A DNA stretch of 64,000 nt from an uncultured delta proteobacterium (GTDB lineage Bacteria; Desulfobacterota; Binatia; JACPRU01), in the NCBI GenBank assembly GCA_963745025.1, contig CAVUWD010000011.1, positions 384,001 to 448,000 on the forward strand, given 5' to 3'. This document shows positions 30,423 to 39,746 of the stretch, one piece after another. Both the position numbers and the translations under genes were made by a program. Positions within the stretch are counted from its first letter, which is position 1, and each line of letters starts with the position of its first letter. A model generated the notes under the pieces. That model saw only the letters and a program-made list of their open reading frames with translations, searched no databases and had not been told where the DNA came from.

Positions 30423-30570
30423 TGATTCCGTAACCCCCCTCGGTCTTCGCCACGACCGCTTCGGGAAGATAAAGAGAGCGCGGCTGGTTTGCGGTCGACC
30501 CGCCGCACGGCTCGACCGCAAACCAGCCGCGTTCTCCAGCAGGCCGCAGCCATCGTGCGCAAACCGAAGG
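30423..30570. repeat. Shorter single-hairpin member of the same family, tandem to copy 1
   Basis: Same left end (TGATTCCGTA..CCTCGGTCTTCGCCACGAC.GCTTCGGGAAGAT); perfect 19-bp stem at 30479-30530 with a related loop. Confidence 0.8.
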
Positions 30571-30581
30571 CCCTATCCCCC

Positions 30582-32855
30582 TTACGGCAGCGGCGCGTCC
30601 GCCGCGAAGCGCGTCAGCACGTTGGCGGTGATCCGCGACACGTCGTTGTCGTGCCCCGCGTGCGCGAGGCTGCCGCACCAGGCGATCGAGCCGACGCTGA
30701 ACACCGCCCCATCGCGCGGCGTCTTGAAGTAGACGATGTCGGCGCGCACCTGCGGATCCTGCGTGCCGCCGAGCCCGGGATAGTTGAACATGATCTCCTC
30801 GACGACGTGCGGGTAGTCGTCGCTGTGGCCCTCCGAGCTCGCCACCAAGAACGCGCCCGGCGGCGTGCCCAGCGCGAGCTCGTAGCGATCGATCTCGTAG
30901 CCGGCGGCGCCGCCGCCGACCAGGCCAAAGTCGCCGATGCGCTCGGGTCGCTCGACGCCGTCGAGGATCCACGCGGCTTGCGGATCGAGACCGTCGGGCA
31001 TGCGGACGTAGTGCGAGGAACGATCGAAGCCCTCGGCCGTGAAGCCGACGCCGAAGATCTTCTGCGGCGGGCGGGCGCGGTTGCGCCAGATGCCGCCGCG
31101 CTCGCCGGTGGTCGCGTGGTAATACTCCCCCGGGCTCGCCTGCCACGCGCGCGATCCGCTCTCGGCCTTGCGGACCTCGATCACCCACGGCTTCTCGGGG
31201 TGGAACGACGTTATCCAGTAGAAGCCGTTGGCGCCGAGGTACATCGTGCGGCCGCCGCCGGCGAGATAGCTCTCGAAGGCGTCGAGCATGCGGGTCGAGG
31301 TGTACTCCGGATGCGTGCCGGTCAGCACCACGCGGTAGCGGCGGAGCAAGTCGGCGCCTTCGCGCTCGAGGTCGTGGTCGGTGGCGACGTCATACGTGAT
31401 GCCCTTGGCGTTCAGCCATTCGACGAGGTGGAGGTCGGCGGGGAATTGCCAGACCGTGCCGGTGCCGTGGCGCGCCTTCGGCCGCATCGTCAGGATCGGA
31501 CGGCGCCAGGTCGAGAAGCATACGCCGCTGCCGTCGGTGTGATGATCGTACGTGGACAGCCCGAGCTCGGGGTGCGCCACCAGATGGAAGTCGTTCGCGT
31601 CGAGGACGGGGGTGTGACCGACGATCGCCTGCCCGACCGGCACTTCGGCGACGATGTGGTCGTTGGCGTACGCGAGATAGCTGGCCGTCGGCACGAGGAA
31701 GAGGACCTTGGCCGTCGCCCGGCCCCGCGGCGGCAGCACGAAGAACGGTACGTGGTCCTCCGACTCTCCGAGGCGAACTCGCAGCGCGTAGACGTCGCTC
31801 TTCATGCCGGCGGGGACGACGAGCTCGAGGTCCGGATGCCACCCGCAGTCCTCGAGGTCGTCATCGTGGAAGTGGATCGCGCCGTACTCCCCCGGCGCGT
31901 GAACGAAGCTCTCCTCGCGCCCGCGCCAGTTGAAGCCCGTGGCTGCGCGCACTGGCAGATTCACGCACGATCCGTCGAGCCCGCTTCCCGAAACGTCCGC
32001 CACGCGATCGGTGGCGATGCCGTTCGCTCCGATACCGGCGGCGAAGTCCCAGCGCGCGAGCAGGCCCTCTGCCGCGGGCTCGCCGCCCGCGCCGAGCGCG
32101 CGCACCTCCTCGCGGCCGAGCGCGCGGCCGTAGAGCTTCGGGCGATCGAGCTTGCCGTTGAAATGTCCGCCGACGATCGGTCGCGACGCGTCGCCGCTCT
32201 CCACCCAGCCCGCCATCACCAGCGGCACACCGGCGTCAGCGAGAACGGCGTCGGCCCGGGCTTCGACGAACGCGTCGCCGTCGATCGGGCAGACGGGACC
32301 GAGCAGGCTGTTCACCGAGTTGACGATCGGGGTTTGCGCGATCCAGGCGCGACCGGCCGCCGGATCGAAGCCGGCCGCGATCGAGTACCAGACCGAGGGG
32401 AGCAGCGGCTTCCCGGAAGCGACGACCGCCACGCGGCCCCTGCCGTCGCCGAGCAGCAGCGCGGGCCCTTCGGCGTCGAGCACGAGCGCGTATCCGGCCT
32501 TGCGGGGCCCCGACCAACGGGTGATCAGCCCTTGGCGCCCCTTCGCCGGCGTCGTCGGATAGACGTAGGCGTGCAGGGCGAAGGCGCCACCGGGGTGAAG
32601 CCGCCCGCGGTCGTCGACCACCACGTGCGAGCCCGGGTGGATCGGCTGGAAGCGGCCGGGGTACACGCCGGAGAGCGCGGTCTCGACCGGCATCTCCTTG
32701 AAGCCGGGGCCGGCCGGATTGGTATCACCGTTCACCAGACGAACGACGTCGGCGCGATACGAACCCGGCTCCGATGCGCTGACGAAGAAGCGGATCGTCT
32801 CGCCGGGCGCGACGCTCGGGCGATCGCTGTATCCGTGAATGTCGGTCTTCTGCAC
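30582..32855 (-). CDS. dmfA2: N,N-dimethylformamidase-like large (beta) subunit
   Basis: SYLAYAN, GLSTYD, GTHPEY, GYEID (Tyr/Tyr/Glu Fe ligands and catalytic residues of the family); YLGANGFYW; FSVGSIAW. Confidence 0.88.
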   Translation of the reverse strand: MQKTDIHGYSDRPSVAPGETIRFFVSASEPGSYRADVVRLVNGDTNPAGPGFKEMPVETALSGVYPGRFQPIHPGSHVVVDDRGRLHPGGAFALHAYVYPTTPAKGRQGLITRWSGPRKAGYALVLDAEGPALLLGDGRGRVAVVASGKPLLPSVWYSIAAGFDPAAGRAWIAQTPIVNSVNSLLGPVCPIDGDAFVEARADAVLADAGVPLVMAGWVESGDASRPIVGGHFNGKLDRPKLYGRALGREEVRALGAGGEPAAEGLLARWDFAAGIGANGIATDRVADVSGSGLDGSCVNLPVRAATGFNWRGREESFVHAPGEYGAIHFHDDDLEDCGWHPDLELVVPAGMKSDVYALRVRLGESEDHVPFFVLPPRGRATAKVLFLVPTASYLAYANDHIVAEVPVGQAIVGHTPVLDANDFHLVAHPELGLSTYDHHTDGSGVCFSTWRRPILTMRPKARHGTGTVWQFPADLHLVEWLNAKGITYDVATDHDLEREGADLLRRYRVVLTGTHPEYTSTRMLDAFESYLAGGGRTMYLGANGFYWITSFHPEKPWVIEVRKAESGSRAWQASPGEYYHATTGERGGIWRNRARPPQKIFGVGFTAEGFDRSSHYVRMPDGLDPQAAWILDGVERPERIGDFGLVGGGAAGYEIDRYELALGTPPGAFLVASSEGHSDDYPHVVEEIMFNYPGLGGTQDPQVRADIVYFKTPRDGAVFSVGSIAWCGSLAHAGHDNDVSRITANVLTRFAADAPLP

Positions 32856-32866
32856 GAGCCCCCCCT

Positions 32867-33223
32867 TCAGGATGCGACGAGATTGCGAACGCGCTCGAGG
32901 AACACGCCGTGCAATGCCTCTTCCTCGGTTGCGAAGACCGGCTCGTCGCGTACCTTCGGCGGCTCGCCGCGTACGCCCGAGAGCTTGCCGATCCGATATT
33001 CACGCCACGGCTCGACCGCCACCACCGCGAGCTTTTCCACCTGCGGCGCGCGCCGGAAGTAGTTGAGCAGGCGCCGGAGTGCTTCGCTCTGCGGGCCGCG
33101 TGCCCCATGCGGGTTCGCGCGATGCTCGGCGATCACGTCGTCGGTCGCGAGCGGCTTCAGCTCAGCACGCAGCTGTCGGTCGAAGCGCTCGTAGTATTGG
33201 AGGGCCTTGTCGCGGACGCTCAT
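32867..33223 (-). CDS. dmfA1: N,N-dimethylformamidase-like small (alpha) subunit
   Basis: EHRANP.G..SEAL.RLLNYFRR, SGVRGEPP, EALHGVFLER; RBS AAGGAGG; directly upstream of the beta subunit. Confidence 0.85.
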   Translation of the reverse strand: MSVRDKALQYYERFDRQLRAELKPLATDDVIAEHRANPHGARGPQSEALRRLLNYFRRAPQVEKLAVVAVEPWREYRIGKLSGVRGEPPKVRDEPVFATEEEALHGVFLERVRNLVAS

Positions 33224-33237
33224 ACGTGCCTCCTTCT

Positions 33238-33341
33238 TGGGGACGTTCTTGACCTTCGTAACCTTCGTCGCGCCTCTCCGCTAGCAGGACTTCCTAGCAC
33301 GACGGCCGTGACGAAGGTTACGAAGGTCAAGAACGTCCCCA
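33238..33341. repeat. REPIN-like doublet: perfect 32-bp inverted repeat
   Basis: TGGGGACGTTCTTGACCTTCGTAACCTTCGTC (33238-33269) and exact reverse complement (33310-33341). Confidence 0.92.
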
Positions 33342-33346
33342 CAGGC

Positions 33347-34231
33347 TCAGCGCGGCCCGGCGAAGGCCGGATTCGCCTTCTTCCAGGCGTCGAGCGGCTG
33401 TTCGCTTCGCCAGCGTCGCGCGTACTCGCCGAGCGGTTCGAAGACCACGCCGTCGTGGCGCTCGAAGTGATCGATCAGGCGCTCGAGCATCCGCATGCGG
33501 TGTCCGCGCCCGATCACCTGCGGGTGGAGGGTCAGCGTGTAGAGGCCGCCGCGACAGTTCGCGTACGCATAGTCGAAGTCGCCCCTCCAGATCTCCTCGA
33601 CGACGGAAGGCGCGGAGAGGCCCGTGTTGCTGCCGAGGATGAACTCGAACGGCGGGAAGTCGTCGAGGCCCCAGGTGACCGGCAGCTCCACGAGCGGCGT
33701 CGACTCGCCGAAGACGTACGGCTCGTCGAGCGACCAGCGGTCTCCCCTACGCAGGTAGTACGGATGAAAATCGCTCCCCATGCAGCTCGAGTCGTATTCG
33801 AAGCCGTACTCGAGTAGGAGGTCCACGGTTCTCGGGCTCAGGTCCCACGCCGGGGAGCGGTAGCCTCGCGGCCGTTCTCCGCCGACCTTTTGGAGCGCTT
33901 CGAGGCCGCGCTCGAGGATGCGCCGCTCCCCGGCCTCGTCGAAGCTCGCGGGGTTCTCGTGCACCCATCCGTGGTGGACGATCTCGTGGCCGTCGTCGCG
34001 GATCTGCCGGACGAGGTCCGGATAGGCGAGCGCCGTGTGGCCGGGCACGCACCAGCTCGTGCGAATGCGGTGGCGGCGCAGGAAATCGAGGATGCGAACG
34101 GTGGCGACGGCACCGAACTCACCGCGAGAGATCATGCTCGGGTTCCGCGACTTCATCGAGCCGATCCACACCGACATCGCGTCGAAGTCGAACGTGACGG
34201 AGCAGGAGAGTCTGCGGTTCGCGGGGCTCAC
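33347..34231 (-). CDS. Polysaccharide deacetylase (CE4, PuuE/HpPgdA-like) amidohydrolase
   Basis: TFDFD, HEIVHHGWVHE, GYRSPAW, YDSS, LHPQVIGR. Confidence 0.92.
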   Translation of the reverse strand: MSPANRRLSCSVTFDFDAMSVWIGSMKSRNPSMISRGEFGAVATVRILDFLRRHRIRTSWCVPGHTALAYPDLVRQIRDDGHEIVHHGWVHENPASFDEAGERRILERGLEALQKVGGERPRGYRSPAWDLSPRTVDLLLEYGFEYDSSCMGSDFHPYYLRRGDRWSLDEPYVFGESTPLVELPVTWGLDDFPPFEFILGSNTGLSAPSVVEEIWRGDFDYAYANCRGGLYTLTLHPQVIGRGHRMRMLERLIDHFERHDGVVFEPLGEYARRWRSEQPLDAWKKANPAFAGPR

Positions 34232-35118
34232 GGTTTCCTCTCCTTTCGCGCGAGATGCGACGGCCATTCCCGGTAGAGCCGGGCGCGGCGGCGGCGATCG
34301 CGGAACGTCGGTGCGGCGCCCGTTTCCCGGTTCGCGTGCAAGAGACCGAGGTCGAGCTCGGCCCGGATCACCGTCTCGCGGTTCGCCTCGGCCTCCGCGA
34401 GCACGCCCCGCGCCGGCCACGGCACGTCGCACGGTCCGAGGATCGAGCTTCGACCCCACGCGCCGGGAAGCGGCGCGCCGGGCGCGCCGACCGCGCAGCA
34501 GTGCACCACGTAGATCTGGTTCTCGATCGCGCGCGCCTGCGCGCAATGCCGGACGCGCCAGAAGCCGTGCTCCGTCAGCGTGAACGACGGGCAGAGGACG
34601 ACCTCGACGCCTTGCTCCGCGTAGCTCGAGGCGCACTCGGGGATCTCCGCCTCGTAGCAGATGGCGACGCCCACGCGTGCGAAGCCGAGATCGACCGCCT
34701 CGAGCCGCTCGCCCTCCCCGCTTCCCCACGCGGACTCCGCCGGGAAGATGTGGGTCTTCGCGTGCGTGTGAACCCGTCCGCCCGGCTCGAAGAGATGCGC
34801 GACGTTGAGCGTCTGGCCCCCCGGGCGAACCAGGTGAGAGCCGGCGAGGATCGCCTGGCCGCGCGCGCGTGCCTCGCCGGCGAAGAGCGCGCGGTATTCA
34901 CCCGTGAAGGTATCGATGCGCGGCAGGTCGGCGAGCGGCGCCTCGCGCCATCCCGGGAGGGCCGTGAAGAGCTCGATCGTGAAGAGCTCCGGGAAAACCG
35001 CGAGGTCCGCGCCGCGCGCGTCGTCGAGGAGCGTGCGGACGTGGACGGCGAAGTCCGCGAAGTTCCTGACGGGCCGGAGCGCGAGCTGACAGGCGGCTAC
35101 CGAGAGCGTGCGAGCCAT
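34228..35118 (-). CDS. Carbon-nitrogen hydrolase (nitrilase superfamily amidase)
   Basis: E-K-C triad: FPELF, HAKTHIF, ICYEAE; ARAIENQ. Confidence 0.93.
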   Translation of the reverse strand: MARTLSVAACQLALRPVRNFADFAVHVRTLLDDARGADLAVFPELFTIELFTALPGWREAPLADLPRIDTFTGEYRALFAGEARARGQAILAGSHLVRPGGQTLNVAHLFEPGGRVHTHAKTHIFPAESAWGSGEGERLEAVDLGFARVGVAICYEAEIPECASSYAEQGVEVVLCPSFTLTEHGFWRVRHCAQARAIENQIYVVHCCAVGAPGAPLPGAWGRSSILGPCDVPWPARGVLAEAEANRETVIRAELDLGLLHANRETGAAPTFRDRRRRARLYREWPSHLARKERKP

Positions 35119-35173
35119 CGCCGAAACCCCGGTGAATCTAGAGCACGGCGCGGGCTCCGGCAACAAGCGACAA

Positions 35174-35206
35174 GGGGACGTTCTTAACCTTCGTGACCTT
35201 CGTGAC
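35174..35206. repeat. Single REP arm downstream of RAYT
   Basis: GGGGACGTTCTTAACCTTCGTGACCTTCGTGAC, matches the 33238 arm. Confidence 0.85.
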
Positions 35207-35232
35207 TCCGGCTGACCCTGGGGATCCTTACG

Positions 35233-36228
35233 TCAGGGAACTGGCAACGTTGCGAGGAGCGCAGACCAGCGTTTGCTGCCCTGACGGCCGCGGCGCGCAA
35301 TGCGACAGAGGGATTCGGGCCGAATCCCGATGGCTTGGGCAAGCTGCGAGGCCCGCTGTCCGAGACATTCGATCCAGAGGAAGGCAAGCGCTTCCCTCGC
35401 CTTCGAGCAGGCCGGGAGCTTGTTGCCAGACGTGAGCGCAGCGCGCGGAGCGCCCGTGGCCGCGGTGACGAAGTCGATGAGCACGTCGAGCGGCGGAGGG
35501 TTCTGGCGCAACGGAGCAATCGCCGGCGGGGCAGCCTCTCTTCGGATCTGATCCAGGAACGCCTCGCTCCTGAGGATACGTTCTTCCGCTCGCTGTCGGC
35601 GGCTGCGCTCTGCAAGGGTCGCGACCGTTCGCCAGACCTTGCCGCGCCGGGTCGTTTCGCGCATCGGTTTCTCGTCGAGGCCCTCCGCGACGAAGGTTCT
35701 GTAGTTCAGCCGCCCGGTCTCGCGGGTCTGGCCGAAAGCCGCCAGGACGTACTCGACGTCGAGGAAGCGTGCGGGTCGGTTTCCGAGAATTGCCGGGTGA
35801 CCTGTCGTCGACTCGTAGTCGAGCTGGTCGATGCTGGTGAGGAGCTTGGCCCGGATGGGGTTCAGGTGGATGTAGCGCACGAGCTCGCGGAAGTACTCGG
35901 CCTCTTCGCAAAGGATGGACTTGAAGCGGTTCTGGAAGAGGTGTCCGGCGCGCTTGTGGCGGAGATTGAAGGACACGGCGTAGCCTGTGAGGAGCGAGCT
36001 CATCGCTCGGCTGATCGGCCTATTGCGGGTACGGGCGAGGATGTGGAAATGGTTGGGCATAAGAGAGAAAGCGTAGATCGAGATCGCTCCCGCCTCGACC
36101 AGGCGTTCGAGGCGGTCGAGGAAGTCGAGGCGGTCTTCGTCGGTGACGAAGATCGAGCAGCGCTCTATCCCGCGCGCCATCAGGTGATGGAGCGCCCCCT
36201 CCGCGTCGAGCCTCGGTCCCCTCGGCAT
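35233..36228 (-). mobile_element. REP-associated tyrosine transposase (RAYT/TnpA-REP, Y1 HUH) with C-terminal HTH
   Basis: HHLMARG, HUH in MPNHFHIL, GHLFQNRFKS, RYIHLNP; flanked by REP sequences. Confidence 0.92.
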
Positions 36229-36307
36229 GTTCGTGGCCGCGGGGGCAGAGGGTGGCGCGGATTGTGTTAGCAGCGACGCGGCAGGAGGAGGAACAAGAAG
36301 AAAGAGC

Positions 36308-36381
36308 GGGGACGCTCCCAACCTTGATGACCTTCGAGGCGAGAACGCCCGACGAAGGTTGCGAAGGTAAAGAACGTCCCC
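36308..36381. repeat. Degenerate REP doublet upstream of RAYT
   Basis: GGGGACGCTCCCAACCTTGATGACCTTCG ... GACGAAGGTTGCGAAGGTAAAGAACGTCCCC. Confidence 0.85.
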
Positions 36382-36395
36382 TATCGTCGCGCGCC

Positions 36396-37172
36396 ATGAC
36401 CACCACGACCTACGACTGGGACGCGATCGTCAACGGGCTGAATCAGTACCTCCGCCTGCGTTCGATTCCGATCGGCATGAAGCTCTTCGAGAGCGTCGAA
36501 GAGATGGAGGCGATTCCGAAGATCCGTCGGCCCAAGGCCAAACACACCACCGACCAGATCGTAGCCCAGGCCCGTCAGCTCGGCTGGACCGTCGGGATCA
36601 CCATGGCGGATCTCGTCGGCGCGCAGTGCGGGACGGTGATCGGACTCCATCCACGGGACGACGAGTGGCTCTCCGGCAAGGCGATGGCCGGGGTGTGGTT
36701 CAAGACCGTCGAGGACTCGGCCGCTCACCAGCGCGCGATGGATTGCGTCCCGCACGGGCGCTACCGCGCCATGGCGGTCGCGCCGTTGACGAGCGGCCGT
36801 CTCGACCCGCCGGACGTCTGCCTGATCTACGGTACGCCGGGTCAGATGATCTTCTTCATCAACGGTCTCCAGTGGACGGGGTACAGGAAACTGAGTTTCA
36901 CCTCGGTCGGCGAGTCGGCTTGCGCCGATTCGTGGGGCAAGGCGCTGAAGACGGGCGAGCCCGCGCTCACCATCCCCTGCTACGCGGAGCGGCGCTACGG
37001 AGGCGTGGCCGACGACGAGCTCCTGATGGCCATTCCGCCCCGCTTCCTGCCGGGAGCGATCGAGGGGCTCGCGGCGCTCAGCCGCAACGGGCTGCGCTAT
37101 CCGATCCCGCCCTACGGCATCCAGAGCGACGCCGCCGCGGGACTCGCGGTGAGCTACTCGAGCAAGAAGTGA
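36396..37172 (+). CDS. DUF169 domain protein
   Basis: PPDVCLIYGTPGQM, GESACAD, IPCYAERRYGGV.DDELLMAIP. Confidence 0.85.
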   Translation: MTTTTYDWDAIVNGLNQYLRLRSIPIGMKLFESVEEMEAIPKIRRPKAKHTTDQIVAQARQLGWTVGITMADLVGAQCGTVIGLHPRDDEWLSGKAMAGVWFKTVEDSAAHQRAMDCVPHGRYRAMAVAPLTSGRLDPPDVCLIYGTPGQMIFFINGLQWTGYRKLSFTSVGESACADSWGKALKTGEPALTIPCYAERRYGGVADDELLMAIPPRFLPGAIEGLAALSRNGLRYPIPPYGIQSDAAAGLAVSYSSKK

Positions 37173-37252
37173 GCTCGACCGCTCGCCGCGTCGGAGCGCG
37201 ACTACCGAAGCTCGTTCGCATTCTCCGCCGAGTCGTTCTCAGCTCCCCGGCC

Positions 37253-38539
37253 TCAGCGCGGCGGCGGCTTCTCCCAACCGAGAAGATTGATCTCGTCGAG
37301 CGGAACGGGATCTCTGTCGAGCACCAGGACCAATCGCAGGCCGTCGGTGAAGAACGGGCTGCCGTCCGTCATGTGGTGGGGCTGCGACGACGGGGCGGCG
37401 CCCACGCCCTTCACCCAGCCGAAGCGCGCCACGCCTTGTGAGCGCAGCATGTCCTGCGCGAGGTAGTTCCTGGCCTCGTCGACGTCCGGGTCGACCTCGT
37501 GTCCGATGAAGCTCTTCCAGCTGAAAATGAGACCCACGTCGCGGCTGATCTGGCCGATCCATACCGGCTTGCCCGCGAGCCGGAGCTGCGTCCGCCAGAT
37601 GCGCAGGTGGTTGCGCTCGCGGGCGGTCTCGCGCGATTTCTGCAGCGCAATGTCCTGGCGCCGCCCGAAGAGGTAGATCGGGCTGATCGGTGCGTGCCGG
37701 TACTGACTGGAGAAGAAGTAAGACCAGAAGGTCTCCAGGGCCGAGCTCCCCCTCAAGACCTCGGTGACTTGCCAGCCGCTGCGGACGAAGCTCGGGAAGA
37801 CCTCGTCCGCCTGGCCGATCAGGACGAAGTTCAGCGGGTCCTCCATGCCGCGGCCGTCCTCGGTCGCGGCGCAGCAGGGCATGGCTTCGAGCGCGGCCCG
37901 CAGCTCGGCCTCGCTCACGTCGCGGATCGGTTCCGCGCTGAGCTTCTCGAGATCGACCTCCTGGTAATCGGCTTTCACGTTGGCGATCTTGATCATGAAG
38001 AAGAACTGCACCAGCCGGTCCGGTCGGATCAGGTCCACGTTCACCGCCTTGGCGCCGCGGCTCGAGTTGGTGAAGACGAACCCGCTGATGCTCTGGCCGG
38101 GGCCGACGTAAGAGCCGATCGCGCTGGCCAGGAATTGGGCGCGCATGCGCTCGTTCGCCGATCCCGAGAAGCGGTAGCGGGCGCGATTCGCGGCCTCGAG
38201 CGGCGTGAAGTAGTCTGGATCCAGTGCGAGCGGGAGGAACCAGTAGGCGTCCTCCGTGTGGTTGGCGATCACCAGGCTCACCGGCTGGATGTTCTGCTTC
38301 GCCAGCGACACCCCGAACAGCCGCTCGACCTCGTCGTCACTGGGTATGGCGACGCTCACGCGGAGGCCGGCGCGATCCTGCGTCACGGCGCCCGCCGGGA
38401 GGGCGAGGGTGTCGATCGGCGCAGGGCGATAGCACGCGCAGCCTCCGGCGATGGCGCAGACGGCGAGCAGCGCCGACGCCCGAGACGCTCTCGGCGCGCT
38501 TCGACGAAGGCCATCGAGCGCTCGCAGACGGACCCCCAT
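37253..38539 (-). CDS. Exported/lipoprotein with LssY C-terminal-like domain
   Basis: DPLNFVLIG, LFGRRQDIALQK, RNHLRIW, VWIGQISRDVG, DPDVDEAR; hydrophobic N-terminus ending in AGGC. Confidence 0.8.
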   Translation of the reverse strand: MGVRLRALDGLRRSAPRASRASALLAVCAIAGGCACYRPAPIDTLALPAGAVTQDRAGLRVSVAIPSDDEVERLFGVSLAKQNIQPVSLVIANHTEDAYWFLPLALDPDYFTPLEAANRARYRFSGSANERMRAQFLASAIGSYVGPGQSISGFVFTNSSRGAKAVNVDLIRPDRLVQFFFMIKIANVKADYQEVDLEKLSAEPIRDVSEAELRAALEAMPCCAATEDGRGMEDPLNFVLIGQADEVFPSFVRSGWQVTEVLRGSSALETFWSYFFSSQYRHAPISPIYLFGRRQDIALQKSRETARERNHLRIWRTQLRLAGKPVWIGQISRDVGLIFSWKSFIGHEVDPDVDEARNYLAQDMLRSQGVARFGWVKGVGAAPSSQPHHMTDGSPFFTDGLRLVLVLDRDPVPLDEINLLGWEKPPPR

Positions 38540-39142
38540 GAAGGAAGTCGTAGAGCACCGAGCGCCCGATCTCAAGAGCCGCGAGCGCAGGCGCGGAGAC
38601 TTTCAGACCGTGCGCGAGAACCCGCCGCGGGCTGCGCCGGGCCGGCGGAGGTGATGCGCGCGCGGTTCAGCCTCATCTCCCTCTCATCTCTTTCTCATCT
38701 CCCAAACCTGATTGTGGTGCATGCAGCAGGGCTCCGTCTCGTTTGTTTCTTATCAGTGGGACAATGCCAGCCAATACTTCTCACATCTAGGATGTATTGA
38801 CACTGCGCCGCACTGGGATGGGGCTCAACACCGGTCAGCAACTCGGTGATCTGCTGGCAGTTGACGCGTCGTGGCTCGCGGGTTGCCCGATCTGCAATTA
38901 CGGGCATGCAACTTGCTGCTGCCGATATTCCAGAAGTGATAGCAGCATTTGCCATTGATGCTGTGAAGGATGTCGACCCATGGTTGTCGTGTCTCGCACT
39001 AGAGGACGGGGCAGCCCTCGGCAGTTCGTCTCTCCCCTTACGCTTCAGTTCTCCGCCCGGACACGCGCGCCGCCGTAGTTGTGGGAGATCTTGCTTCAGT
39101 TCCGCGCGGCGCAAAACGTACGAGATTGCGGAGGGTCGCACC

Positions 39143-39652
39143 ATGAAACCGTACAGACGATCTTATCCCATTCTCTGTTTAGCCACGCTTCTGCTCGGCG
39201 CCATCGCCTGCGGTGGTGACGGCGGTGGGGGGGACGGTGAAAGCTTCATCGTCACGGGCTTGTGGACTATGGCGCCCACGGGGGTTGCCGCGGCGACGCC
39301 CAACAACGCCGATTGCAACGACCTCGCGTCCGGAGTCGGTGCCTTCCCGGGCAGGGAGTTACAAGTCACGCAGCTAGATGGCACTGTTACAGCGACCGGT
39401 GGATTCGATGAGTTCAACGGCACCGTGAATACGTCGGACCAATCGTTCCAGCTCCTCGATGCCCAGGAAACGGTCATTGATCTCGGCGCTACTATTCCTG
39501 GATGCGTCGTCACTGCGATCGTGAACATCGACTTTTTCAATGCTGCTGGGGATAGCGCAGACCCCGTCAACGAGGCCGGGGGGTTTACTGGCAATTCGGC
39601 ATGCCCTTTCCAGTGCACGCTCGTGTTCAACACCACTGCAGTTAGGAGTTGA
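39143..39652 (+). CDS. Hypothetical lipoprotein (beta-rich, four further Cys)
   Basis: RBS GGAGG; lipobox AIAC followed by Gly-rich linker. Confidence 0.7.
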   Translation: MKPYRRSYPILCLATLLLGAIACGGDGGGGDGESFIVTGLWTMAPTGVAAATPNNADCNDLASGVGAFPGRELQVTQLDGTVTATGGFDEFNGTVNTSDQSFQLLDAQETVIDLGATIPGCVVTAIVNIDFFNAAGDSADPVNEAGGFTGNSACPFQCTLVFNTTAVRS

Positions 39653-39746
39653 AGGGCGCTCATGACTGGCTGTCAGTAGAACCTGGCGCTCGACCAGAGC
39701 AGGATCAGAGTACCCGACTCCCACGGCGAACAAAGGAGGTCGCGTC

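Noticed and set aside
30489-33062. 857-aa plus-strand ORF and similar long ORFs (e.g. 42100..44199, 50942..52909, 56657..58354)
   Set aside because: Antisense shadows of well-supported genes in high-GC DNA; no recognisable motifs
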